A program made the position numbers and the translations under genes. From contig JACOQA010000004.1 of the NCBI GenBank assembly GCA_014297435.1, forward strand, positions 30,043-94,042: a stretch of 64,000 nucleotides of DNA, given 5' to 3'. Source of the DNA: Candidatus Nanohaloarchaea archaeon. GTDB lineage: Archaea; Nanohalarchaeota; Nanosalinia; Nanosalinales; Nanosalinaceae. Below are positions 9,412 to 17,933 of the stretch, piece after piece; the stretch's first letter is position 1; the number at the start of each line of letters is the position of its first letter. The notes under the pieces are model-generated. The model did no database searches, was not told where the DNA came from, and saw only the letters and a program-made list of their open reading frames with translations.

Positions 9412-10374
9412 TTACAGAACTCTTCTATCTCTTCTCTTAACTTCCGGCGAAAATCTTTTCTCCAACCTTTTCAGATATTTCTGATCAAGCTTCGCTCTCC
9501 TATCTGCCTCCACAATCGGAGAAGGAACAGTGTAACGGTCAGAGCTTTTCATATATAGTAATTTTGAAGCTATATCATCAGCGTGTTCCGGATCGCCAAA
9601 GTAATCGATTCTAAGAGGTAAATCTTGAGAAGAAAGCTTAACATAGAAGGTGTGGATTCTGTTAACGTCCTGTTCCTCAAGTTTTCCAAGCACAGGATGT
9701 TCTACAGGACCTTTTGCATACCGACGTACAAAGCTTCTCTCTCCCTCCTCAAGTATCATGTCCATCAAAAGTGTGTCTCTCATCTCACTGATCTCGAAAC
9801 CCAGCTTCTCTTCGAGTATTTCACCTAGCTTTAAGCCGTAAGAGTCCTCCACTACTCCTATTAGTTTGCCTGCTCCAGCCATCTTGAAAAGTTCTGTATA
9901 GTTTTCAAGTGCTTTATTGTCTTCCAGATAGCTTGGGACCACCGACCCGTCCATCAGCACCATATCACACTTCTCAGTCGAATCTATGGCAACCGAAGTT
10001 TCTGCTTTCAATCTTTCGGATTCAGCATTCCTATCGATTGAATCTGCCTCCTCCGGTTCAAAAACATGGTAATCAGGCTCCGGGCTTTTCGAGGGTACGT
10101 ATTTTGACTCCACTTTATCTTCGGAGAAATCTAGTATGGCTGCGACCGCTCGAATGGCTACAAGATCCCCTGTAGAGTATCTTTTCTTGATGAGTCCGCC
10201 GTCAACTCCTGCGACCTTACCGGGTCGCGTAATTTCAATTTCTTTTCTAAGTTCAGACTCTTTAACTACCGCATCTTTTTCGATACTCTCTATATCATCA
10301 AATCTTTCCTGAAGATGTGAGCCTTTACTGGTGTTCTCTGAAAGCTTTTCAGCGGCTTCCTCTATCCCGGGCAT
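9412..10374 (-). CDS. nurA: NurA-like 5'-3' nuclease
   Basis: Motifs VAGVDGGLIKK and CDMVLMDGSVVPSYL match the NurA acidic catalytic motifs (VDGS / DGSL). The size is about 320 aa. Confidence 0.55.
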   Translation of the reverse strand: MPGIEEAAEKLSENTSKGSHLQERFDDIESIEKDAVVKESELRKEIEITRPGKVAGVDGGLIKKRYSTGDLVAIRAVAAILDFSEDKVESKYVPSKSPEPDYHVFEPEEADSIDRNAESERLKAETSVAIDSTEKCDMVLMDGSVVPSYLEDNKALENYTELFKMAGAGKLIGVVEDSYGLKLGEILEEKLGFEISEMRDTLLMDMILEEGERSFVRRYAKGPVEHPVLGKLEEQDVNRIHTFYVKLSSQDLPLRIDYFGDPEHADDIASKLLYMKSSDRYTVPSPIVEADRRAKLDQKYLKRLEKRFSPEVKRRDRRVL

Positions 10375-10390
10375 AAACAGGTATAAGAGG

Positions 10391-10405
10391 TTTAAAGCTT
10401 TAAAT
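10391..10405. promoter_or_regulatory. Palindromic double TATA-like element in a 38-bp divergent intergenic region
   Basis: TTTAAAGCTTTAAA (10391..10404) is a perfect 14-bp palindrome. It lies between the divergent starts at 10374 (minus strand) and 10413 (plus strand). Confidence 0.4.
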
Positions 10406-10412
10406 CCCGGTT

Positions 10413-11192
10413 ATGGAACTTCACGAACAACTTGAGGAAATCAAATACTTCTTCCTTGACCTAGATAAAACGCTCTGGAACTGGGATGACACAATAATAG
10501 GAGCCGAAGACTTAGTGCATTCGCTCAGACAGAGGGATAGACAGGTTTATTTCCATACAGACAACACCTTATTGACCCGAGAACAGTACGCGAAGAAGCT
10601 GACCGGAATGAACATTGGGGCAGAGCCTGAACAGGTTCTGACTGCCGGACATTCCACAGGTTTGAAACTCGAAAAAGATAATGTAAACAAAGCCTATGTG
10701 ATCGGAGAATCAGGTCTGATAGAGGAGCTTGAGAGACACGATGTGAAGATGACGGATGAGGCTGAAAACGTAGTAATGGGTTTCGACAGACAGTTCAGCT
10801 ATAGAAAGACAAGAAAGGCTATGAAGATCCTAGAAGATGGAGGAAAACTTTATGTCTGCTCTAACGAACAGGTTTTCAGAACTTCAAAGGTTAAGCAACC
10901 CCATCAGGGATTGTTTAACGCCGGCTTCAGACGTTACGACCCTGTTCTTACCGGTAAACCAGGTGAAGCGTATATTGATGCTTTTCAGGACTATTTCGAT
11001 TTCTTCCCCGATCGTTCCTTGCTCGTGGGAGATAGACTTGCGGACGTAGAGCTGGGAAACAGGCTTGGAATGAAGACTGGCGCAGTTATGTCAGGTGATA
11101 TCACAAGAGAGAAGCTTAAGAGGGCTGATGATGTACAGAAACCGGATTTCGGGATTTCAAGCCTTAACAAGTTGCGAACCAAGTTTGTCTAA
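10413..11192 (+). CDS. HAD-superfamily hydrolase, subfamily IIA (NagD-like phosphatase)
   Basis: Motif I FLDLDKTLW (DxDxT), GKPGEAYI, and motif IV LLVGDRLADVELGNRLGMKTGAVMSG. Confidence 0.75.
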   Translation: MELHEQLEEIKYFFLDLDKTLWNWDDTIIGAEDLVHSLRQRDRQVYFHTDNTLLTREQYAKKLTGMNIGAEPEQVLTAGHSTGLKLEKDNVNKAYVIGESGLIEELERHDVKMTDEAENVVMGFDRQFSYRKTRKAMKILEDGGKLYVCSNEQVFRTSKVKQPHQGLFNAGFRRYDPVLTGKPGEAYIDAFQDYFDFFPDRSLLVGDRLADVELGNRLGMKTGAVMSGDITREKLKRADDVQKPDFGISSLNKLRTKFV

Positions 11193-11228
11193 AAACCTTA
11201 TTTAATTCTTTATGGCTTATCAGTAGTC

Positions 11229-11879
11229 ATGGAACGAGAATTAAATAAAAGCTTTCTGAGCAGATCATTAGAAGAAGTCGATCTGCACAATATTGCGCCT
11301 CCCCAAAGACTGGGAAGAATAATCAATAAAGATACTAGTCCAACTGATTTTGGGGCAGACGAAAGCTTTAGAGGTTATCTAGAGGATTCATCGCGTTATG
11401 AAAATGTTCCAAGAACCGGACTAAGATTAGATTTTTGGGATTTTCCCGATCATGTCGTGGATTTTCTGAAAAGAGAGACTGTGGAAGAACACAGTGATGA
11501 GGCAGCTGCAGGAGCAGACCTTGCTGGAAAAGCTATAGAAGTTATTGAAGATTCAAGGTGGAGGAACTCAGGTTTTTCATGTGCCTTACTAAGCGTGCCT
11601 CTTAACGTGCCCGAAACAAAGAAAGTTAACGTAAATCAGTATGCAGGTCCTTCAAAGATAGATGTTGCAGCCCCTATACCGGAAGAATATCGTCAGGATG
11701 ATCGTCTCTCTCAATTTACTGAAGATAATTCAGTAGGGGTGCTAGTGGACGATAATACCGTTCTAGCCACTCAACTTGAATATATGATGGACGAACTGGA
11801 AGATCAAGGTTACGAATTCGAAGATCTATACCGAATGGGCTTTGAGGAGACAGTAGAGGGCTACAAGCTTAATTGGTAA
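11229..11879 (+). CDS. Hypothetical acidic protein
   Basis: 216-aa ORF with proteome-typical composition. No motif recognised. Confidence 0.45.
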   Translation: MERELNKSFLSRSLEEVDLHNIAPPQRLGRIINKDTSPTDFGADESFRGYLEDSSRYENVPRTGLRLDFWDFPDHVVDFLKRETVEEHSDEAAAGADLAGKAIEVIEDSRWRNSGFSCALLSVPLNVPETKKVNVNQYAGPSKIDVAAPIPEEYRQDDRLSQFTEDNSVGVLVDDNTVLATQLEYMMDELEDQGYEFEDLYRMGFEETVEGYKLNW

Positions 11880-11884
11880 AGGAG

Positions 11885-11891
11885 TTAAAAG
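11885..11891 (+). promoter_or_regulatory. TATA-like box TTAAAAG upstream of MetRS
   Basis: Same heptamer as upstream of aRF1 and glutaredoxin. Its first T is 28 nt before the in-frame ATA at 11913. Confidence 0.4.
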
Positions 11892-11912
11892 ATTCTTCTT
11901 CCTTTTCAACCT

Positions 11913-14000
11913 ATAGGTGAACTGAAAATTAAAGACCGCGTAACCGTTACATCCGCACTTCCATACATTCACGGCGTTCCACACTTAGGAAATATTGTAG
12001 GATCTCTACTGCCTGCGGATATCTTCCACCGATATCTCGACGTAAAAGGCAAGGATAACGTCTACATCTGTGGAAGCGATGTCCATGGAACACCTCTCGA
12101 ACTTGAATCAATCGAAAGAGGTGTTGATGTAGAGGAACTGAAGCAGGAGCAGCACGAAAAGACGAAGGAAGTGCTTGAAAGGTTCGACATGGACTTCTCA
12201 ATTTACTCGGATACTGACTGCGAACACAACAAGAAGCAGACTTACGACATGTTCGAGGAGCTTTACTGCAGCGGTTACATCAAACAGAAAGAACAGAACC
12301 TTCCATACTGTTTAAATGATAGAAGATTTCTGCCTGACAGGTATATTGAAGGAGAATGTCCTCACTGTGGAGGTTTAGCTCGTGGTGACCAGTGCGATGA
12401 CTGTGGTAAACTGGTTGAACCTCAAGAGCTTGATAATAAGGAATGTCAGATCTGCGGCAACTCAAACATCGAGTTCAGAGACACGAAACATCTTTTCCTC
12501 GACCTAGAACCGTTTAAGGAAGATCTAAATGAATGGATAGATTCAGATCCTGTTCCTGTGAACATGGAGAAGCAGGTTGAAAACGATATTGCAGAAGCTG
12601 AGGACCGCTCAATTACTAGAGATCAGAAGTGGGGATTCGACGTCCCAGTTGAAAGAGTGAACAAGAGGATCGAAGAAGAGAATCTTGATGTCCCAAAACT
12701 TGGCGAAGAGTTTGAGGACAAAGTTCTCTATGTGTGGTTTGACGCTCCAATAGGTTATATCGGGTTTACCAGAGAGCTTTTTGATGATAACGATGAGTGG
12801 AAGGATTACTGGATGAATGATAGGAGCGATGTTTTCTACTCGATCGGGAAAGACAATGCTATCTTCCACACAGTTATCTGGCCAAGTATGCTGAAGGGAT
12901 CCTCAACAGAGGAAGAGAGTTATACTCTTCCTACATATGAGTTTATCCAGCAGTACCTTCTGGCTGAGGACACCAAGTTCTCGAAGTCAAGAGGTAAAGG
13001 ACTGAGTACTGAGGAGGCGCTTGACATGTATCCTTCGGATTACTGGCGTTTTTACCTGGCACGAAACATTCCATCACACCACGACACGAGATTTGAATGG
13101 CAGGACTTTGAGAAAGAGATCAACAACGTGTTAAACGATACTGTCGGCAACTTTGTCAACCGTACTCTTTCTCTGGCTGAGAAATGGTTCGACAACCAGG
13201 TTCCTGATCCGGAACTAGAAGAGAGGGATGAGGAGATTGTTGAGGAAGCCGAGGAAATTGTTCAAGAGTACGAGAGGAAGTTTGAGGAGCATGACTTGAA
13301 GGAGGCTCTTGACGAGGCTTTGAAGCTAGCCAGGCTCGGAGACCAGTATCTTTCAGACGAAGAACCTTGGAACAATGAGGAAAGAAGAGAGGAAACAATC
13401 CATGTTTCAATCCAGTTGTGTAGGGCTATCGGAGCCACTTTGTATCCTTACACTCCCGAAGCTTCTGAGAAGATCGGAGACATGCTTAACACAGAGATAG
13501 ATACTTCGGAAAGTGTTGACGAGTTTTCGGATCCTCTACTAGGAGGGGTAAACTCAGGTCATGAACTAGGTGAGAGAGAAATCCTCTTCGAGAAGATCGA
13601 TGTGGAGGAAGACCGAGAAAATGAGGATGAATCAGAGGAAGAGGTAAACGATGAACTGAAACGTTTGAACTCGGAAACAGTCGGCTTTGAAGAGTTCGGA
13701 GAAAACGAAATCAGGATCGGAAAAGTTCTTTCTGTAGACGAACATCCTAATGCCGACAAACTATACAAGATCAGGATTGATGTAGGAGGAGCAGAACTAC
13801 AGACATGTGCAGGTTTGAAGAACTATTACTCGAAGGACGAACTTGAGAACAGGAAAGTTGTTGTCCTTGCTAACCTCGAACCTGCCGAGCTTAGAGGAGA
13901 GAAAAGCGAGTGCATGATCCTAGTTGCGGAAGATGAAGAAGGGAACGTCTCCTTGTTAGAGACGGGAGAGGAAATGAAAGAAGGAAGCGAAATTAAATAG
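11913..14000 (+). CDS. metG: Methionyl-tRNA synthetase with C-terminal EMAP/Trbp111-type tRNA-binding domain; start codon unresolved (no canonical in-frame start before 12171)
   Basis: The frame is open from 11889. It encodes VTSALPYIHGVPHLGN (HIGH region) upstream of the ORF-track start at 12171. Zn knuckles CPHCGG...CDDCG...CQICG are present. KFSKSRG is the KMSKS equivalent. The C-terminus is IRIGKVLSVDEHPNADKLY. Confidence 0.85.
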   Translation: MGELKIKDRVTVTSALPYIHGVPHLGNIVGSLLPADIFHRYLDVKGKDNVYICGSDVHGTPLELESIERGVDVEELKQEQHEKTKEVLERFDMDFSIYSDTDCEHNKKQTYDMFEELYCSGYIKQKEQNLPYCLNDRRFLPDRYIEGECPHCGGLARGDQCDDCGKLVEPQELDNKECQICGNSNIEFRDTKHLFLDLEPFKEDLNEWIDSDPVPVNMEKQVENDIAEAEDRSITRDQKWGFDVPVERVNKRIEEENLDVPKLGEEFEDKVLYVWFDAPIGYIGFTRELFDDNDEWKDYWMNDRSDVFYSIGKDNAIFHTVIWPSMLKGSSTEEESYTLPTYEFIQQYLLAEDTKFSKSRGKGLSTEEALDMYPSDYWRFYLARNIPSHHDTRFEWQDFEKEINNVLNDTVGNFVNRTLSLAEKWFDNQVPDPELEERDEEIVEEAEEIVQEYERKFEEHDLKEALDEALKLARLGDQYLSDEEPWNNEERREETIHVSIQLCRAIGATLYPYTPEASEKIGDMLNTEIDTSESVDEFSDPLLGGVNSGHELGEREILFEKIDVEEDRENEDESEEEVNDELKRLNSETVGFEEFGENEIRIGKVLSVDEHPNADKLYKIRIDVGGAELQTCAGLKNYYSKDELENRKVVVLANLEPAELRGEKSECMILVAEDEEGNVSLLETGEEMKEGSEIK

Positions 14001-14003
14001 AAG

Positions 14004-14291
14004 TTAATTAAGCTCTATCCTGTCTATTCCTTTCTTTTTCGCTTCTCTTACTAGAGGATTATCATCTATCACAAAATCATTCTCTTCATAACCTGTTTCT
14101 TCCTCCACAGTCTCTCCTCTCACACGCGTATCTAGACTTCCGTGTGTTCCTCTTGCTTCAAACTTATAGGATGCCTCTGTCTGTTCAAGCTGGTCCATGA
14201 GTTCTCCGATTGGTTTTTCGTTCAGATGTTCACCGTCATCCAAAGCGGCGGTATGGTCGTATACTTCGTCTGATCCACTTTCATAGTCCAT
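14004..14291 (-). CDS. Hypothetical acidic protein (short form from MDYESG; the ORF track extends to 14363)
   Basis: The ATG at 14291 directly follows the stop of the upstream gene (14293), so it avoids a 71-nt overlap. Acidic composition. Confidence 0.4.
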   Translation of the reverse strand: MDYESGSDEVYDHTAALDDGEHLNEKPIGELMDQLEQTEASYKFEARGTHGSLDTRVRGETVEEETGYEENDFVIDDNPLVREAKKKGIDRIELN

Positions 14292-14292
14292 T

Positions 14293-14766
14293 TTAGTAGC
14301 CTCCATCGGGAATATATCCTTCTCCAAGTTTCTCCTTGATCTCTGGTACACAAGGTTCGTCAAGGGATTCTACAACTGTTTCAAGATCTTCCGTCTTTTC
14401 TGATCTGTAAACTTCGACTGAATCGGGCGATTTACCGTTTACTTCAATTCTTTCGTAAAGCCTTTCTCCTTCATCGTTCTTTATTGCAGTTGTCTTGTGT
14501 TTCTTACCGTCTACATCAAATTCTGCAGTCTCAATAGTATAGGCTGAACTGTCGACCAGAACTTTTGTAGTGTTAAGCCCCCCATCTTCTGAGCTGGCTG
14601 CTTCAGCCACCAAGTGGCGTTCTTCCATAGGGCGATACGCTTCCATCTGACCGTATCCGCCATCAGTTCTAGCCTCCTCGTTTAAGTTTTCTGGATTGTC
14701 GAGTTCCAGTTTTGGAACATCTTCTTCCAAAATGGTTTCTATTTTGCTGTCTGTATTGCTGTTCAT
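14293..14766 (-). CDS. Hypothetical acidic protein
   Basis: 157-aa ORF, D/E-rich. No motif recognised. Confidence 0.45.
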   Translation of the reverse strand: MNSNTDSKIETILEEDVPKLELDNPENLNEEARTDGGYGQMEAYRPMEERHLVAEAASSEDGGLNTTKVLVDSSAYTIETAEFDVDGKKHKTTAIKNDEGERLYERIEVNGKSPDSVEVYRSEKTEDLETVVESLDEPCVPEIKEKLGEGYIPDGGY

Positions 14767-14901
14767 TTTGTGTTCACCTCAATTTTCTGTTTCGTAATTT
14801 GTCTTGTTCCAACCTCTTCGTTGAGTTCTTCGAGGCTTTCGTTGGTCGCGTTGTCGTAAATCACGTCCGGACTCATGTGTTGTTATTACTTAGTGACACA
14901 T

Positions 14902-14928
14902 AAAAAGGTTGTGGTGCACCGCAACCTA
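14902..14928 (-). terminator. GC-rich hairpin followed by T5 on the minus strand
   Basis: On the minus strand AGGTTGCGG-TGCA-CCACAACCT forms a 9-bp stem with one G-U pair, followed immediately by TTTTTAT. It lies 17 nt after the last stop of the decayed reading frames upstream. Confidence 0.35.
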
Positions 14929-14940
14929 ACCGATATTTCA

Positions 14941-15300
14941 AACCTCAAAATATATAACGCGGAACATCAGAGAAAACTAGATCCTGATTCCCGAAAATAT
15001 CAACCTAATAATTCTCAGCAATGCCTTTCCCCATTATCTTTAGAGCAGGTAGATAGCCACCTAAACCAATCCTTCATAAGTATCCAGGGCTTCTTCCACC
15101 AAATCAACCCCATCAACAACTTGATCTAAGAACTCAAAACGGAAAACATCTTCTTGTCTAGATCTGGGTCCATAGACACAAGATAAGAATATCCCCCCAA
15201 GACCTCGAAAAATATTCAAATTCCTCATTTACTTCAGAAGCCATACCCATATCCACGTAGACTCCAAGAAATACCTCTTCTCCTGATTTAGAAACTGAAT
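14941..15300 (-). pseudogene. Possible decayed gene remnant in an otherwise unexplained 590-bp gap
   Basis: Three acidic, protein-like minus-strand segments join only if frameshifts and stops are ignored. The segments are ...EVFLGVYVDMGMASEVNEEFEYFSRSWG / IFLSCVYGPRSRQEDVFRFEFLDQVVDGVDLVEEALDTYEGLV* / GYLPALKIMGKGIAENY*VDIFGNQDLVFSDVPRYIF*. One break coincides with the C6/G6 run at 15194..15199. Confidence 0.3.
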
Positions 15301-15356
15301 CTATGAACGAGATATAGTTTCAAAATATAAAATACTGAATTTCAGGTAGCAAAGAT

Positions 15357-16136
15357 ATGAAACTCAAGTTTCTAGGAACCGGCGGAGGAAGATATGCCAC
15401 AGGAAAACAGCTAAGAAAAACAGGCGGAATAATTGTGAAAACCGATGAAACACAGATCCATATTGATCCGGGTCCTGGCGCACTCGTCGAAACACACTCA
15501 GAACTAGAGAAACCAGAAGATACGGAAGCAATCATAGTTTCCCACGGTCACCCTGACCACTCGAACGATGCAGAACCTATTATTGAGATGATGACTCACT
15601 GCTTTGAACATCCCGGAACCGTTTTTGCTTCCGAAAGCGTTCTCTCAGGTTTCGGCGAGATCGAGAAAGGGATCAGCACTTACCACCAAAACCTCTGTGG
15701 GAAAGTCAAAACACTTGAAGAAGGTACAGAGGTCGAGTTCAAGGACGTGAAAATTGAGTCCCAACAAATGTTCCACTCAGATCCTAGAACACAGGGATTC
15801 ACAATTGAGACCGGTGAGAAGAGGATCGGTTTCTGGACAGACACCGAGTACTCAGAAGAACTACTTGATCTTTACGAAGGCTGTGACACCATGGTCATTT
15901 ACTGTTCCAGACCGAGAAGCAACGAGATTCCGAGCCATACCTCAATAGAAAAGGTGCCGGACATAATCAAGTCAGTTCAACCTCAAACAGCTATACTGAC
16001 ACACTTCGGCTCTAAATTTTTGGAGTCGGACATGGAAGCAGAACGAGAATGGATAGAGGAGAAAGTAGAATCGAAAGTTATATTGGCGGAGGATGGAATG
16101 GAGTTTCCCGGGAATCGTAGTTTAGGCGACTTTTAG
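15357..16136 (+). CDS. Metallo-beta-lactamase fold hydrolase
   Basis: HxHxDH motif in IIVSHGHPDHSND. N-terminal MKLKFLGTGGG is typical of the MBL fold. TATAAAA lies at 15326..15332, upstream of the start. Confidence 0.75.
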   Translation: MKLKFLGTGGGRYATGKQLRKTGGIIVKTDETQIHIDPGPGALVETHSELEKPEDTEAIIVSHGHPDHSNDAEPIIEMMTHCFEHPGTVFASESVLSGFGEIEKGISTYHQNLCGKVKTLEEGTEVEFKDVKIESQQMFHSDPRTQGFTIETGEKRIGFWTDTEYSEELLDLYEGCDTMVIYCSRPRSNEIPSHTSIEKVPDIIKSVQPQTAILTHFGSKFLESDMEAEREWIEEKVESKVILAEDGMEFPGNRSLGDF

Positions 16137-16150
16137 CATTTTAAGAAGTT

Positions 16151-17608
16151 TTAGGCTGCAGCCTCGGACTGAGATTCTGCCTCGGGCTGAGGTTGCTCTT
16201 CCTTATTTGCTGCTTCCTGTTGGCTCATCTGCTGATTTACAAATCCAGGAACTTCGTTAGGCATCAAGCCTCTTTTAGTAAGATCCTTTGCGATCTGTTC
16301 AGATTGGTCTCCAGGAATTTCAGGCAACATCGTTGATATCACGTTAGCTGACTCAGATACTATTTCTTCATCGGTCATTCCTCCCGGACCGTATTGGTTT
16401 ACGTGTACTTCGTCTCCGACACCTAACTTAGAGTATGTCTCCGCAGAGTTCACAGCAACAGATTCTTCGTACTCTTCTACCATGTTTTCATGGTTGTGAC
16501 CACCAACATGAGCCACTACATTATCGTACTCTTCGACAAGAGATCTCTGTGCTATCGAACCATATTCCCCTAGGATGTCTTGGTGTCCCGCAAGCACAAC
16601 AGGACCATCGTGCCCCTCAATCATAGGCTCAATAGGCTCTCTTACCTCTTCAAACGTCTCCATCGCATCTTCCTTCTCATCCAGATAGTTCTCATGCTCA
16701 TCATTTCTGAGGTCTTCAGGTATCTCTTTCAATTCAAGTTCTTCGGCATCTAGTCCAATATCTCCGTGTCCGAATAGGCTGCCTACATATTCTACAACCG
16801 AGCCCACTACAGGTATGCTCCCCAATATACCGTAATCCGGCTCTTGAGATTCTTCCATGGTTTCAACGATATTTTCAAGCTCCTCCCCCTCATAAATTTC
16901 TTCAAGTTCTGGCTCTTCAAGGTATTTTTCTTCGATTTCAGGTTCGACGCCGTGAGATGCGCCTACGATTCTAAGATCTCCTATATCGACATAGTCGTTT
17001 TCCAGGTCTTTGACGTCGTAGTCTTCTATAAGGAATTCTCTGAGATTGTTCTCACCTTCATACTCCTCGAATCTTTCTTCAGCTCTCTCCTCTACAGCTT
17101 TCTTGAACGCATCAGCATCATTTGTAGGATGTGATCCGTAAACGTGATCGTGGTTGCCTGGAAGATCTCCTATTTCAACTTCTAGCTCGTCTTTTATTTT
17201 GCTCATTCCTTCGAAGTGGCTGACCTGTCCATCAATATATTCATCTATAAGGTCTTCCTCGAAGTCTTCAGGTTCATAGTTGTCATCATCGTCAAAGCTA
17301 ACAACCTGAGGCGGAAGTTTGAAGTTGTCTCCCGAGTTAACTACATAGTCTATCTCATCTTCCTCGAATTCTTCGACTATATCATCATAAGGCTCATCAA
17401 GTTCGGAGTCGCTCAGGTGGAGAATGTTTGCATCGTAGTCCTCAGAGCCATCTAAGTTCGGGACATCGTAGCTGTCAATTACTTCCGGTTCGTATGCTTC
17501 TTTAGTTTGACCAGCAGGGTTCTGAGGCTCTGAGTCTGGTACAGATGGTGTTTCGGGAGATACTGTTCCCTCAGGTTGAGAAGAGTCTTGAGTTTCAGCC
17601 TTGCTCAT
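16151..17608 (-). CDS. Calcineurin-like metallophosphoesterase (Mre11/SbcD-like motif order) with long acidic insertions
   Basis: The ordered motifs are ILHLSDSEL (motif I, with Glu in place of His), SGDNF, PGNHDH, LAGHQD and GGHNHEN. The remainder is extremely D/E-rich. Confidence 0.55.
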   Translation of the reverse strand: MSKAETQDSSQPEGTVSPETPSVPDSEPQNPAGQTKEAYEPEVIDSYDVPNLDGSEDYDANILHLSDSELDEPYDDIVEEFEEDEIDYVVNSGDNFKLPPQVVSFDDDDNYEPEDFEEDLIDEYIDGQVSHFEGMSKIKDELEVEIGDLPGNHDHVYGSHPTNDADAFKKAVEERAEERFEEYEGENNLREFLIEDYDVKDLENDYVDIGDLRIVGASHGVEPEIEEKYLEEPELEEIYEGEELENIVETMEESQEPDYGILGSIPVVGSVVEYVGSLFGHGDIGLDAEELELKEIPEDLRNDEHENYLDEKEDAMETFEEVREPIEPMIEGHDGPVVLAGHQDILGEYGSIAQRSLVEEYDNVVAHVGGHNHENMVEEYEESVAVNSAETYSKLGVGDEVHVNQYGPGGMTDEEIVSESANVISTMLPEIPGDQSEQIAKDLTKRGLMPNEVPGFVNQQMSQQEAANKEEQPQPEAESQSEAAA

Positions 17609-17933
17609 ATTGGTTAATGGTGGACGAAGAAATATAAAGCTTTTGTTACCTGATGATCAACACATATTTCTCTGAACTTTCTTTTCAGAAAGCCCTAAAA
17701 AATTCATTTCTAATTACTTATTCATGAGCTTGAAGGCAACTCCGGGTGGACGCTTTGTACTCCGGGAAAACACAGTTCTACAGTAGCTCCAGCCTTCAAA
17801 ATATCCTGATTATCTCAACTAATTTTTCTCGTGATTTATCTATGAAACTGAAACACCTAGACTTAACGCTTTCGCAGCTTCAAAACCCATTTAACGCTTC
17901 TCCGGAAATCCGGGAAACAAGAGGCTACTAAAA

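Noticed and set aside
11947-12201. 84-aa minus-strand ORF
   Set aside because: It is antisense to the MetRS N-terminal coding region. Its R/P/H-rich composition is atypical of this acidic proteome.
12171-14000. ORF-track start (GTG 12171) for MetRS
   Set aside because: It would remove about 85 in-frame residues, including the HIGH-region Rossmann segment (ALPYIHGVPHLGN), which is clearly encoded upstream in the same open frame. The gene must start near 11913.
14875-15129. 84-aa plus-strand ORF in the long intergenic gap
   Set aside because: Its Cys/His/Gln/Asn-rich, non-acidic composition is unlike any confident protein here. The region is better explained as a decayed minus-strand gene.
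17609-17933. 325-bp gap upstream of valS, checked for tRNA, SRP RNA or RNase P-like structure; it also contains the 61-aa ORF 17746..17931
   Set aside because: The gap is AT-rich. I could see no cloverleaf-compatible stems or GC-rich helices by eye. The ORF is low-complexity and non-acidic. A covariance-model scan (tRNAscan-SE/Infernal) would be needed to exclude a small ncRNA.
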